DNA of 64,000 nucleotides from Camelus ferus (GCF_009834535.1 NC_045697.1:17424001-17488000); one strand, 5' to 3'; positions 1 to 12,269 are shown, counted from the stretch's first letter. The notes: generated by a model from the sequence alone, not told the origin. Translations and numbers: made by a program.

Positions 1-85
1 TTGAAGGATGGACAAGATATTGACAGATAGGGGGAGCCTAGTGCACTGTTCTGGGTAGAGGATCTCATTTGACAAGGTCTTGAAG
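1..85 (-). mobile_element. L2 LINE fragment
   Basis: Resembles antisense L2 segment (ttgaaggatg...ctgggtagagg...aaggtcttgaagc); highly diverged. Confidence 0.45.
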
Positions 86-229
86 CTTTTCTCAGCTAGT
101 CTATTTTGTTTGTCCAGAAGTGCTTTTCAGAACAAGGGGCTGATTTTGTAACATGTAAAGCAAACATGTCAGGTACTGCTTTCTAAGTTACTCATTAGGC
201 ACATTAACTTATTTTTCCTTCTCAAAAAA

Positions 230-715
230 TTAACTTTTCTAGTTATAAAAGAAATGCAGGCACATTGCAGAAAAATTGGAAATGCAAAAGAAAATAAAAA
301 GAAGGAAGAAAAATACATAATCCTACACACAGAGGCAAGTCCTACTACATTTTTTTCTATATTTTCTTTTGAGTGCTCTTGTAATATGTTTCATGTATAC
401 TATATATTCAGTTTGGGATTTTTCTTTTCCACTAATATAAAAGCAAAAGCATTTTATAATATTATTAATAAATTTCCAGAAATCTACTTTTAATGGCTGC
501 CCTATAGTACAGCATGTGAATGGGGCATAGGTTTACTTAATTGTTCCCCCAGCTCTGGACAGTATGTCTAAATTTTCTTTGTGCAAATAATACTCTATTT
601 ACATCATTGTGTAATCACATTTTATGTTAATTTCAGATTATTCCTTTTAGGAATGATTTCTGGAAATAGAATTAGTAGGTTACAGGGTTTAAACATTTTC
701 ACAGGCTTTTGGCCA
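230..715 (-). mobile_element. Ancient L1 (L1ME-like) 3' end
   Basis: Antisense old-L1 motifs: gcacattgcagaaaaattggaaa, ttttaatggctgc, ctggaaatagaattagtaggttacaggg. Confidence 0.65.
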
Positions 716-825
716 TTAAATCTTAACTTTAACATTTAGGTTTTGAGCTTCTAAATAGATAGGAGCTGCTTTTGCCCAGCACAGGTATCTATCTTAGTAC
801 CTGAAGAGGTTTTTTTTATTAAGGA

Positions 826-945
826 ATTATTCATACAGTCAACTTATATTTATTGAGCACCTATTATGATCAGGCATGATTCTAGATACTAGAGTTACCA
901 ATGAACAGCACACCCACAAATCCCTGCCCTGGGCGAGTACAAGAT
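826..945 (-). mobile_element. L2 3' end
   Basis: tatttattgagcacctattatgatcaggcatgattctagatact...ccctgccct is the reverse L2 terminus. Confidence 0.8.
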
Positions 946-1039
946 GAGCCTCAAACATCTGATGAATACTAGAGAGTAAGGAAATGCTTAAAAAACGATG
1001 AGTCCATGTCACGAGGGCCCTGCTTGAAAGGGTTCCCAC

Positions 1040-2125
1040 CAGCAAAATCTGGTATAATTTGAATACCAAATAATTAAGGAAAACAGCGAGTTATAAGGAT
1101 TGAAAAAATAGAAATTGATGAATCCATTGTAATAATAAGTAGATAAACAAACAAGGGAGAAAGGACGGCTCTTGCTTATAGCAAAATGCTGAGGTCCCCA
1201 CCAGTAAATGGGCAGGGGTTGCTGAAGTTGGAAATTACCATTTTATTACTATCATAATAAAGATTGGCTTAGGCAAGAATCATTGATGGATTATAAATCT
1301 AGGAGGTACTTTTCATAAGGAACAGGAGATTTGCACGGTCTTTGGTGTCTCTCCAGAGATTGGGCATCAGTTGAAAGGGAAAGAACAGTAACTACACAGT
1401 GTAGAAACAGGACAACACCTCGACTAGATGATAAAAACTGGTATCACCCGTGTGGGACAGGGGGATGGTGTGTGCTTCCAGATGTCATTCATTGAGATGG
1501 ACACATGGCATCAGTGATGTATCCTGACTGAGAATGCCTCACCTGAGTATACCCATGAGAAAATATCAGACCAAGCCCAAATGAGGAAGGTTCCATTGAG
1601 GGGGAAAGAGAGAGCGAGAGAGGGAGAGAGAGAGAGAAGTACTATAGTCTTCCAAATGTCAATGACATAAAATACAAAGAAAGGCTGAACTGGGTGGGGG
1701 AAATGATATAAAGAAGAGTATTAGGTCAGTTGACATTATTGGGTCAATTATGAATTGGAATACGCTAAATACATTAGATAAAAGTATTTTATTAGAGTTA
1801 AATCCACTGAAGTTGATAACTGTGGTATGATTATTTAGAAGAATATCCCAATTGTTAGGAAATACACACTGAAGTAATTAGGGGTAACAGGCCATGATGT
1901 AGGCAACCTACTCTCAAATGTTGAGAAGAAGTATTATATAATTATATAGTATGGTTGTATAATTAAAATAATAACATATGTTTTATATATGAGAGGGAGG
2001 ACGTAAATTATATGCATATGGGTAAAATGCTAGCACTAGATCAGTCTGGGGATAGGGCTCATGGGTGTTCTTTGTACTACTATGCTTGCCACTTTTCTGC
2101 GTTTAGAATGATTTCCAAACAAAAA
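1040..2125 (+). mobile_element. L1MC-type 3' UTR
   Basis: Matches L1MC4/5-like 3'UTR (aagattggcttaggcaagaatcattgatgg; ggaaatacacactgaagtaattaggggtaa; gggtgttctttgtacta...atttccaaacaaaaa). Confidence 0.75.
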
Positions 2126-2127
2126 CT

Positions 2128-2148
2128 TGTGCGCGCACACACACACAC
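2128..2148. repeat. (GC)n(CA)n alternating purine-pyrimidine microsatellite
   Basis: tgtgcgcgcacacacacacac read directly. Confidence 0.85.
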
Positions 2149-2434
2149 AACTTGGATCTCATAGCACCTACATACATTCATTAAGATTACAAAAAGATTG
2201 GAAGAGAATAACTGAATCCCCACACTGGAATGAAACCTGTGTTTGAACACTTTATTAAATATGTGCTTACGCATAATCAGCCTTCCAGTATCACCTTGCA
2301 GTACCCTCTCTCCAGGTTGGGCTGAGTCCTTAACCTGTGGGTTGAGGTCCTCTGTCTGTGCCCCACTTCTCCATGGTTATATCCACAACATCTCATCCCC
2401 CTAGTGTTCTGCACAGTGATTTTCCCATTTCAGG

Positions 2435-2935
2435 GCTATGTTGACTGGGTTCCAGCTAGGACAGTGGAAACCTTCTGGGTATTAAAACAGAGAGAGTTTA
2501 ATGTGGGGAATTGGTTACATGGGTGATGGAAGAGTTGAGAAGAGAGAGAGTTCAGGAGATTGAAGTGACCCAAAGGTTTGCAACGGCAGAAAACCACTGC
2601 CACCTCTGAGCTGGAGAGACAAAGAGAGAAGGCGTTGTTGCTGGAGCCCAGGGGCTTGGGTCACCTGGTGGACGCAGGAACCACCACAAACCTGTCTGGC
2701 AGGAGCTAGCAGCTCAGACACAGCCGCTGGTGGAGGAATGTCCAGTAAAGTGAAGTCCCTGCTTCTCCCTTCCTCTGGCTCCATCTCCCATAACTGCCTC
2801 TCCATGGCTGAACACAGGGCACCTTGGGAAATGCAGCTTGCAGGGGTCAGCCCATCTCTTACCCTCTTAACACACACATCTTGAGGGATGTGGAGCAGAA
2901 CTGGGGAAGGATGAAAAATGGATCCGAGCACAGCC
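2435..2935 (-). mobile_element. Old MaLR LTR (MLT1 family)
   Basis: gggtattaaaacagagagagtttaatgtggggaattggttacatgggtgatggaagag...accactgccacctctgagctggag resembles old MLT1 LTRs; subfamily uncertain. Confidence 0.6.
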
Positions 2936-5109
2936 ACTCCTGTTCCCTTATTGCTATTTGCATATAATTCTTGGCATTTGCATGCACAATGTTCAAAATC
3001 CCCTTTATGTATTATCTCTAGGGAGGCTTGGCTTCTCTCCTGTCTTTTTTTTGTAAATTTCTGGTCTAAGTTCTTGGGCCTGTGACTCTTTTTCTATTCT
3101 AAGCCCTCTGTTGGCCATGATTCCTCTCAAGCCAGCCTGGGTCAGCCATGGTTTCTGCAGCCAAGCAGATCCCTTTGAAGTCCTGCATAGTTTTTGCGCT
3201 AATATTTATATCGAGGCTACACCTTTAGCGGTGCTAATCATGCACTTCTCACTCTCTCTCTGGTCTAGTTGCTGTTTCCCAAACACTGTCTATAATCACA
3301 TGCGCAGGATTTTAACCATCTTTGGTGGGAAGAGTCTCTTTTCACTTGCAACCTGGCCCAAAAGCAGAGTTCCCCAGTGGGTAGTGCTAGGGTGCGTCCT
3401 GTATCCTGTTACTGGAAACGGCCCTGCATCACCACTTAGGGACACCGCTGCTATGAGCACTTCATGCCCAATAGCTTTTTTGTGGCCTTGTGTCTAAGAG
3501 CAGAAATGATGGAACTTGGCTTCCCATTTTTCCTGGAAAATTAATTTATTCTTTCTATACCCATGCTAAGGATGGCCAGAATATTTGAAACAGGCACATA
3601 TTGGAAGTAGCCTGGGGGAGGGGCAGGTAAGCACCCTATCTCAGAGTGACTAAATGTCAACGATTTAGAAGTCCCTGATTCTCTCAGACTGCAGTCACCA
3701 TGACTTTAAAGATTTAAAGCAGATCAGATTCCCATTTAACTTTTGTGAATCGGCATCCCTCCCAACAAATCGTACTATTTCCTGCTTCCATTTGATTCTC
3801 AATCTCCAGTCTATGTTCTCTTTCGAGGGGTATGCTGTTCCTTTTCCACACTGCCCAATTGATGTCATTCTTAACATCATGAACGTCCTTGACATTGGGA
3901 GCCATGTGTTTCAAAAGCCCTGTCCTCACTGTGGCCAGAGAAATGAAGCCGTGTTGTGTTCAGGTTTACCTGCTGTTGCACTAGTATTGCTTACTCAAGT
4001 GCGTGCACGTCCCTAAAATCCCGCATTGATACAGGCATCACAAAACTTTACGGGGATTTTGAAGTTATTGGGGCTGTGTTAACTCAATATAGCACATGCA
4101 CATGTGAGTGCACATACATGCATACACACCCCAACTTAGAATTAAACATTAAACCTCCCTATTCTAAAGTCCGTTGGCCTTTCTTGTACCATGAATTCCT
4201 TACTGGACAGTCTTCCATATAAAATATGGTCAAACCCCATCTTCTCCCTTTGTTCCCTTTTTACATCTCTTCTTTCTTACTTCCTCGTTTTTAGAGGATA
4301 GCCTCCAACCCAGCCACCCTCCTTTTGTATTTTCCTAAGCCAAGTGATTCACTCCTCCCAATGGGATTACTGTCTCCAGTCCAAGCAGACCAAACTCCAA
4401 GTGCTAGCCTTCCATAACCAGAATGGCTCATCAGAATTTCCCCTAAATAAGAAAGGTTCTCTCTCTCAGGTACCCTACCAGCTGTTGGCTGCTAATGTGT
4501 TTTTAGAGATGGAGTGGAATTGGGGTTTGGAGGGGAGAACACAGGAAGAGGGTTCGACAATAGGAGTCCCTTGTGAAGGGGTTAAAATAAACATGCTAAA
4601 CTTGAGAATAATCTGGACAATTTCCTGCTCTCCCAAATATCCACCTCACAGCCTCTAATTCTGTGCTTTGTTCTTTTGGATTCTGAAAGCTTTTTGGTCT
4701 TCAATAATTCCCTATTAAAATGCAAATACCTACTGGGAGTTGTTAAGCCTTATCAGTTAATAGTTGACTGTTGCATGAGCCGAAGATCCTGCTTTAATGG
4801 GCCTGGGGTGGCAGCGGGATGGGGTGATATTGTGGAAGGACAAACAGATTCAGGAAGAAGGGGAGAGGATATTTATTGAAGGGGTCATTTTGTGGTCTGT
4901 CTTGTATTTTGACCGAATGAACTCCGCTCACCATTATCCACAGCCCTTTCCTTTGTCTTCTCAACAGGAGCAGTTTTAAAGTGGTTGGTTTGTTTCTCTT
5001 TGACCCAAGCGTAAGTTGAATTCAGCAGGATGCTTCTCTACTTTGCCATGCCTAAATTAGAAAGAGTAAAAGTAATGCAAGGAAATAGCTACTACGGAAC
5101 CCCCCTCCG

Positions 5110-5520
5110 TATAAATTTAGCTCCTTTTGATGGCATCAGCCCCATGACAAACACGTGGCCTTGGTGGCTCAGTGGGTGGCAGCAAAGCCTGGACATGGCC
5201 AGGATGTTGGGTGCGCTTCCTTCGTGGCAGGAGGTAAGCCGAATTCCTACCATCGGACTTGCCAATGTACACGCGTCGGCAAGGGCGAAAAAGAGCGCGG
5301 ATGCCCACTGCCGATCATCCCAACTGCCGGGAAACCGCAGAAAGCCGGCGCAGCCTCCAGAAGAAATGGAGGTACCGTCAGCTGAGTTTCACAGCCTTTC
5401 ACTGAAGCGCCTTCTCCATCACCTGTGCGCTCTCTACCTACTGCGCGTGTCTTCTGTCCCCTGCTGGACTGCAAGGGTCTTCAGCAGGAGCCAGGCTGCT
5501 TCATCTTCACGTGCAAGTCC
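5110..5520 (+). promoter_or_regulatory. Candidate promoter/first exon with small CpG-rich island
   Basis: TATAAA 5110-5115, CACGTG 5152-5157, donor GAG|GTAAGC at 5233/5234, about 22 CpGs (hand count) in 5210-5522; no repeat recognised. Confidence 0.4.
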
Positions 5521-6619
5521 GAAATGCTTTCAGAATAAATGCATTTGTAAAGAATAAGCAACAATGCAGAATCATTCTGAAGTAGAATTTGGAAATAAAT
5601 GAAGACTTTGCTATCCTCCCATCCCTTTCCTCCAGAATTCTGTTTTCTCTTTTAGTTGTGATATTAAAATATAGAACAACCAGGAAGGCACCAGAACTAA
5701 TCAATCAGAATAGAAGCAGACTTGCTTAGAAGCTAGGTCCTGGGGCCACCTGCTGCGTGGCATTAACCCTTTAGTTCCTGGAGCATTAAGTTCCAAGGGA
5801 GAGACTGGACTGGGAAACGTTTGCCCAGTTGGCTCAGGGTAGCATCAATTTACCCACCAATGTGGAAGCGTTCCAATATTTTTAACAACTTTGTGGCTAT
5901 CTATCCTGGTGGGTCCCACCTGAGTATCAGTCCTGCCCCTTTCCAGGCTCTCTGCTCTCAGCTTCAAAGCTGGGGTGATCTGAGCCTGTGAAAGCTCTAC
6001 CTCACATCGGCCTGTGCTCTTTGGGGCATGGGGTCAGTGAGCTCAGTCCTAGAGCAGGTGTAGGGGTCATAGTGAAGAGGCCCAGGGCTCAGAGGGGACA
6101 GGCTTAGTGGCTCTGAGCTGGCAGGACCGGCCACAGCCTTTCCTCAGGCCCAGCAGGCGTGGTCATCAGCTTTGGTGCCAAATTCTCTGTGGCCTGTGAC
6201 AGCCCCAGGGAAAGGCTTCCTATGACACTGAGATATCAGCTTTCTATTTCTATTTTTTGCCTTGCTTATTCCCACTATTGAAGAAAAAAAAAAATACTTT
6301 CCCTTACCCCCTCACCCTCATCCCTCTAAAAAAACTGTCTTTTGGCAAACCCAGTTCTGCTGCTTGCTGAAGAAAGGAGAGGAAGGTTTTAGTTGCCTCC
6401 ACACAGATCCAGCTTTGGGCTCACTTTTACTACCTCTTCCTCATTCATGCATCAGATCTCTCATCTAGGACAGGGGAGGGGAGCCCTGACTCTTGGGGTC
6501 TATGAATGTAATCATGGACCTGGTTGGGGTGTGGAGGGGGGCCAGGAAGAGGAGAGCAAGGAAGTGAGCTATTTTCAGTTTGTCAAAAATCCAAATGGAA
6601 ATTATAGATGAACACAGCA

Positions 6620-7340
6620 CCCTTGTGTGCAACTAGAGAAATTCAACTTGAGCCAGCTTAGGAGAAAAAAAAAGTGGAATTAATTAGCTCATGAAATCAA
6701 TCCACAGGAAGAACTGGGGTGTGCTGAGCCTCAGGGACAGCTGGGACCAGTGCCTTAAATGTCACCGGGACGTTCTCTCATTTCCCTAGCTCTCACCTGT
6801 GCTCTTCTCTGATTGTGGGCTTCATTCTCTAGATCAGCGGTCCTCAACCAATGATGGAAAGAGATTTTACTGCCCCCCACCCCGGGACATTTGGCAACAT
6901 CTAGAGGAAGATGCTGCTGGCATCTGGTGGGTAAAGGCCAAGGATGCTACTATACATTCTACAATACACAGAACAGCCCCCCTGAAACAAAGGATTATCT
7001 GATCAAAGATGTTTATAGTAGTTGAGAAACTCTGGTCTGAGACCAGCTTTTTCCATGTGATTGGAAACTGGCTGCTGGCAGCTCCCAGGCCCACATCCAA
7101 CAGCTTTGGTAGCACAAGGGGGACTGAGATGTGTTCATTCTGATCCAAATGTCAATAATCCCAGGAAGCTCTCTGATTGGCTTAGCTTGGTCCAGAGGCT
7201 CACCCCTGGAGTAGTCAGTAGGTCCAGAGGGGTAGGATTTTAGATTAGAGAAGCCCTTTCTAGAGCCTCATGGTTGAAGCTGGGAAGGAGCATTCTCAGA
7301 AGTAGGCAGGTAAAGGGCAGGGGAAAAAGTGACAATAAAG
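6620..7340 (-). mobile_element. MLT1K-like MaLR LTR interrupted by MER20
   Basis: gaaattcaacttgagccagcttagg at left; aatcccaggaagctctctgattggcttagcttgg resumes after 7035. Confidence 0.65.
6835..7034 (+). mobile_element. MER20 hAT-Charlie element
   Basis: Termini cagcggtcctcaacc and gttgagaaactctg; internal ggacatttggcaacatct, tgctggcatctggtgggtaaaggccaaggatgct; left flank ctctagat fits the hAT target. Confidence 0.9.
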
Positions 7341-7994
7341 TTCCAAACGCTACTTCTTAGTAAGTTCAGTTTATTTGGGAGGCAACATGTTTTAAAACTA
7401 GGAATGTGGGGGAGCCCGTGAAGAGAAGTAATGTTTGGTGGAATAAATTTTGGGAACTGTATTAATACCAAATCCTCCACTAAAATACTGCACAGGCCAG
7501 GCCAGTGTCTCCCAATCCAAACCTCCTTTTTCCCATTCCTCCCATGAAGACAATTCTTGGGGACCTGTTCTCACTTAGAATCTATGGGTGGTAAGTGGCT
7601 ATTTAGATAAACTAATTATCAGTAATGTTTAGCTAGCTAATGAGTCATTCTTTCCAGATGACATAATGCCTAACCCCATTACAATGTGCATATTCTTTAA
7701 AAGGTCCTTAAAGGAAGAAATAATGGTAGAAATTTCAGGAAAATGGGAGCTTGGCAGGAAGATAGTTTTGTTTTGGTGGCCTTTAGATTCAGGTCACTCA
7801 TGCAGATAGCAGGTTACGCTATAACTGAATAAGGCATGTTCAAGGTCAACATTTTCTGAATTGTGTTCTTTGGAACACTGAGTTCCTAGAATGGTAGAAA
7901 TTATTATTGAAAACAGAGAGTCCATAATTGAGTCAGCTGGGAAATGCTGGTTTAGATGACATTCAGTGAGTTTCTTTACCTTAGGACTCAGAGG

Positions 7995-9825
7995 TTTTTT
8001 TTTTTTTTTAAATTGAAGTATAGTTGACTTACAATGTTTTTTTAATTACTGGTATACACATAGTGATTCATTTATACTTCTATATTCCTTTTCATATTCA
8101 TTTTCAATATAGGCCATTAAAAAGGTATTGAATATAGTTCCTTGTGCTATACACTGAGATGTTGTTGTTTACTTTATACGTAGTAGTTTGTATCTGCAAA
8201 TCCCAGACTCCCAACTTATCCCTCCCCACCCATTTCCTCCCTGGTAACCATAAGTTTGTTTTCTATGTCTGTGGGTCTGTCTCTTCTTTTGTAAATAAGT
8301 TCACTTGTGTCCTTTTTTTTTTTTTTAAGATTCCACATATAAGTGATTTCATATGCTATTTTTCTTCCGCTTTCTGGCTTACTTCACTTAGAATGACATT
8401 CTCCAGGTCCATCCATGTTGCTGCAAATGGCATGATTTTTTATGGCTGAGTACTATTCCATTGTATAAATATACCACAACTTCTTTATGCAGTCATCTGT
8501 CAATGGACATTTAGGTTGTTTCCATGTCTTAGCCTTTGTAAATAGTGCTGCTATGAACATTGGGGTGCATGTATCTTTTTGAATTAAGGTTCCCTCTGGA
8601 TATATACCCAAGAGTGAGATTGCTGGATCATATATAGTAAGTCTATTTTTAGTCTTTTGAGGAGTCTCCATACTGTTTTCCATAAAAGCTGCACCAAACT
8701 ACATTCCCACCAATAGTGTAAGAGGGTTACCTTTTCTCCACACCATCTCCAGCATTTATTGTTTGTAGATTTTTTAATGATGACAATTCCAACTAGTGTG
8801 AGGTGATACCTCATTGCAGTTTTGATTTGCATTTCTCTGATAATTAGTGATACTGAGCATTTTTTCATGTGCCTATTGGCAATTTGTATGTCTTCATTGG
8901 AGAAATATTTGTTTAGGTCTTCTGCCCACTTTTGGATTGGGTTGTTTGTTTGTTTGTTTGTTTGTTTTTGTTATTGAGTTGTATGAGCTGTTTGTATATT
9001 CTGGAAATTAAACATTAGTCAGTCGCAAATATTTTCTCCCATTCCATAGGTTGTCTTTTCATTTTATTTATGGTTTCCTTTGCTGTACAAAAGCTTATAA
9101 GCTTAATTAAGTCCCATTTGTTTATTTTTTCCTTTATTTCTATTGCCTCAGTAGACTGCCCTGGGAGAACATTGCTATGATTTATATTAGAGAATGTTTT
9201 CCCTATGTTCTCTTCTATGAGGTTTATGGTGTCTTGTCTTATGTTTATGTCTTTAAGCCATTTTCAGTTAATTTTTGTGTACAGTGTGAGGGAGTGTTCT
9301 AATTTCATTAATTTGCATGCAGCTGTCCAGCTTTCCCAACACCACTTGCCAAAGAGACTGCCTTTTTTCCATTGTATATTCTTGCCACTTTTGTTGAAGA
9401 TTAATTGACCATAGGTGTGTGGGTTTATTTCTGAGCTCTCTGTTCTGTTCCATTGATCTGTATGTCTGTTTGTGTGCCAATTCATGCTCTTTTGATTACT
9501 GTAACTTTGTAGTGTTGTCTGAAGTCTGGGAGGGATATGCTTCCAGCTTTGTTTTTTTATCCTCGGTATTACTTTGGCAATTCTGGGTCTTTTGTGATTC
9601 CATATAAATTTTAGTATTATTTGTTCCAGTTCTGTGAAAAATGTCCTGGGTAATTTGATAGGGATTGCATTAAATCTGTAGATTGTTTTGGATAGTATGA
9701 CCATTTTAACAATATAAATTCTTCCAATCCAAGAGCGTGGGGTATCTTTCCATTTCTTTAAATCAGCTTTAATTTCCTTAATCAATGTTTTATAGTTCTC
9801 CGAGTGTAAGTTTTTCATCTCCTTA
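7995..9825 (-). mobile_element. 5'-truncated L1 (~1.8 kb) with broken ORF2 C-terminus, 3'UTR, poly(A) and TSD
   Basis: ORFs 9264-9818 ([11 protein letters not shown]...WKD...FNAIPIKLP), 8584-8868 ([14 protein letters not shown]) and 8453-8683 (CTPMFIAALFT...WKQPKCP) are L1 ORF2; poly(T) at 7995; TSD gactcagag(g/c)tttt at 7985 and 9826. Confidence 0.97.
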
Positions 9826-10344
9826 GACTCAGAGCTTTTAATAGATTAGGTGCTGTGATTCTCAGTAAGAAACTATATAGTATGCAGACTTCCCAAACTT
9901 TGGGGGTCAAGGAACTTCCACTGTTGAGATATATTTTACATAAGGTATACAGCCCTGTTTTGTACCTACTGTCCTTGAATAATTGCTAAAGGCATCTACT
10001 TTCACACCCCAAAGTGTAACCCAATTTTGAGAGTAAATTATATGGTCACCCTATTCTAACAGAAACACACTTTGGAAAATGCTTTTCTCTTGTCATCTTT
10101 ATTTGGAGAGAGCAACTTTTTACACCAACTTAGATCAGCCTTAGGAATACCTCTCTGCTGACATTATTTTCGCTAAAGGCAATTCTTAGTTCTTTCTAGA
10201 TGAGCACAGCATGAGAACTACCCGGAACAATGGTTTCCTGTTGTCCCCCAAAACACTCCTAAATTGACCCCTGTCAATCAATGCTAGCATTAGAATCTCA
10301 GAATCAAGACATAGACTTTTAAAATTAGGCAGACCCTAACGTCA

Positions 10345-10645
10345 TTGCATTATTAAGGAATCGTTTGGTTTTAAGAGACAGAAACTCAGATTGAACAGCC
10401 AAAAGGAAAAAAAAAAAAAAAAAAAAGAGTAATTTAGAGAAGAAAATTCTAGAAGCAGAGGACAAAATTTCAGAACCAGAGCACCTGTGAGTCCCCTGAA
10501 GGCTGGACCCAGTTTCTTGCTGTTTCCAGAATTCTCTCTTTAATCACAGCTTGTCTCTGCCTTAGCTTTAATCTGTCCCACCTCAGACCATGCTGCCTGT
10601 ATAGATGCTGGTGATTACAGAAGACAGATTTATGACCTCCAAGTA
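10345..10645 (-). mobile_element. Old MaLR LTR fragment (MLT1-like)
   Basis: tttggttttaagagacagaaactcagattgaacagcc followed by an A-run is typical of antisense MLT1J/K ends. Confidence 0.5.
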
Positions 10646-11367
10646 TTCACATAACAAATACCAGACAAAACAAAGACAATCATTTAAAAATTAGAACCAT
10701 GAACAAAAACCTTAAGCAATGCAGAGTGATTTCAAAGGAAGAGAAGCCCAGGACAATGGGGTTTGTTTTAAGCTCAAAGTGTTAGGACAAAACCCAATTC
10801 CTATAAATAATTATGCTTAAAAATTCCTTAAATCACCTATAAAATACAGTATATGTGGTTTTACGTCATCAACTCCTGATATGTACAAGTGACAGAGGCA
10901 TGCAGTAAAGTGCAGAAAATAATAAATAATGTACAGAAAAATAGTCAGTCCACATGCAAAACATAAATTTCCAGGCTTTTTACTTTTATAAAAGAAAGAT
11001 GAGAAAACAGAAGAATAGAGAAGAAAGCAAAGAAAAACTACAGATGGTTTCTTCAATTGAGCACCAGATAAAGTACCCAGTTTAGAATTAAAGGGCATTT
11101 CATACCACAAAAAAATGTTATCTTTAAATACTGTAGTGATATTTAGGGTGAAGACCATGAAACACTTACCAGGGAGAAGAGCTGCATTAAATCCTCAGTC
11201 TTATGCTCACACTGAGCTTGGTTGTCTCATGGGAGGTGGGGCAGAGTCATCTGCCCTATTTTGAGTCTATTATCTTTCCTTTTGGTTTTCTTCCTCTCCT
11301 TCCCCCCTCCCCTTAGCCCTCCATCTCTCTGTCCCTTCCACCTCCCTCCTTTTCCTTAAGCCAGTGT

Positions 11368-11600
11368 GGCAGGCAGAGTAATACAGTACTAAGAAACATG
11401 GGATACTGTTGCACTGATTTAAATCCCACCCCCTCTCACTATGGGACCTTGGAAAAGTTACTTAGTCTTTCTATACCTCACATATAAAATGAGGGCAATG
11501 ACAGAACATACCTCAGAGTTTTGCTGTGATGATTCAATGAGATAATGCACACAAAGCACTTGGAATAGTGACAGATACTTAAAACCACTAGTACTGCTAA
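11368..11600 (+). mobile_element. MIR SINE
   Basis: Core ggaccttggaaaagttacttagtctttct...tataaaatgagggcaatg...gattcaatgagataatgca. Confidence 0.85.
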
Positions 11601-11809
11601 TACTACCGCGACTACAATTTGCACTGTGGTAAAACCAAGAGGGTTTCTGCTCTCCGGGGACCTTCATTGATTTTTCACTTTGTTCATTTCCTCCCAATCC
11701 CGAGGGTTTGTTTTGTTTGTTTGTTTTCTGTTCAACCCATCTTTGACTGGTTTGTACCTTATGGAGACAAATCCTCTTTTGATTCTTTCTTCAAGAGTTA
11801 ACACTCAAT

Positions 11810-11950
11810 TCTTCATTCATTCATTTCATTTAACTCATATTTATTAAGAGACTTCTGTGTCTCAGGCATAATTCCAGGTGCTGGAGATACAGCAGAAAAC
11901 AAATCAACACAAATCCCACCCTTGGGAGCTAATATCCCAGCAGGAGAAGG
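11810..11950 (-). mobile_element. L2 3' end
   Basis: (cattcatt)n tail, atatttattaagagacttctgtgtctcaggca...gtgctggagatacagca. Confidence 0.85.
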
Positions 11951-12269
11951 AAGCTCTGAAGGGGAAAATTTCAAGCACTCCTGCTCCCTAGTTTATGATC
12001 CAACTTATGTTGTGTTTCTCCCCTCTCCTGCTCCAGCTTGCTTGTTTCTAATTTCTTGATGCCACCTCCTTGGTGTAAACTTTCATGTGAATACCATAGG
12101 TTATTCCTGAAAAGATTTCAGGCAGCTTCCTTGCTTTTTAACCTCATTGCTTCTAACTGACTTGCTCCCTCCCTTACCACGTGCTCTGATGTTTTCCGAG
12201 GTGTCATTCGCCTCTTCCAAGCTGGATCCATCTCCTACTCAGTCTTTCAGAGTCCCTTCATTTGGTGCA

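Noticed and set aside
5030..5557. 175-aa ORF as a single-exon gene
   Set aside because: No recognisable domain; long ORFs are expected in GC/CpG-rich patches, and a splice donor lies inside it.
8453..9818. ORFs of 76-184 aa as host genes
   Set aside because: They are frameshifted L1 ORF2 fragments of a 5'-truncated copy.
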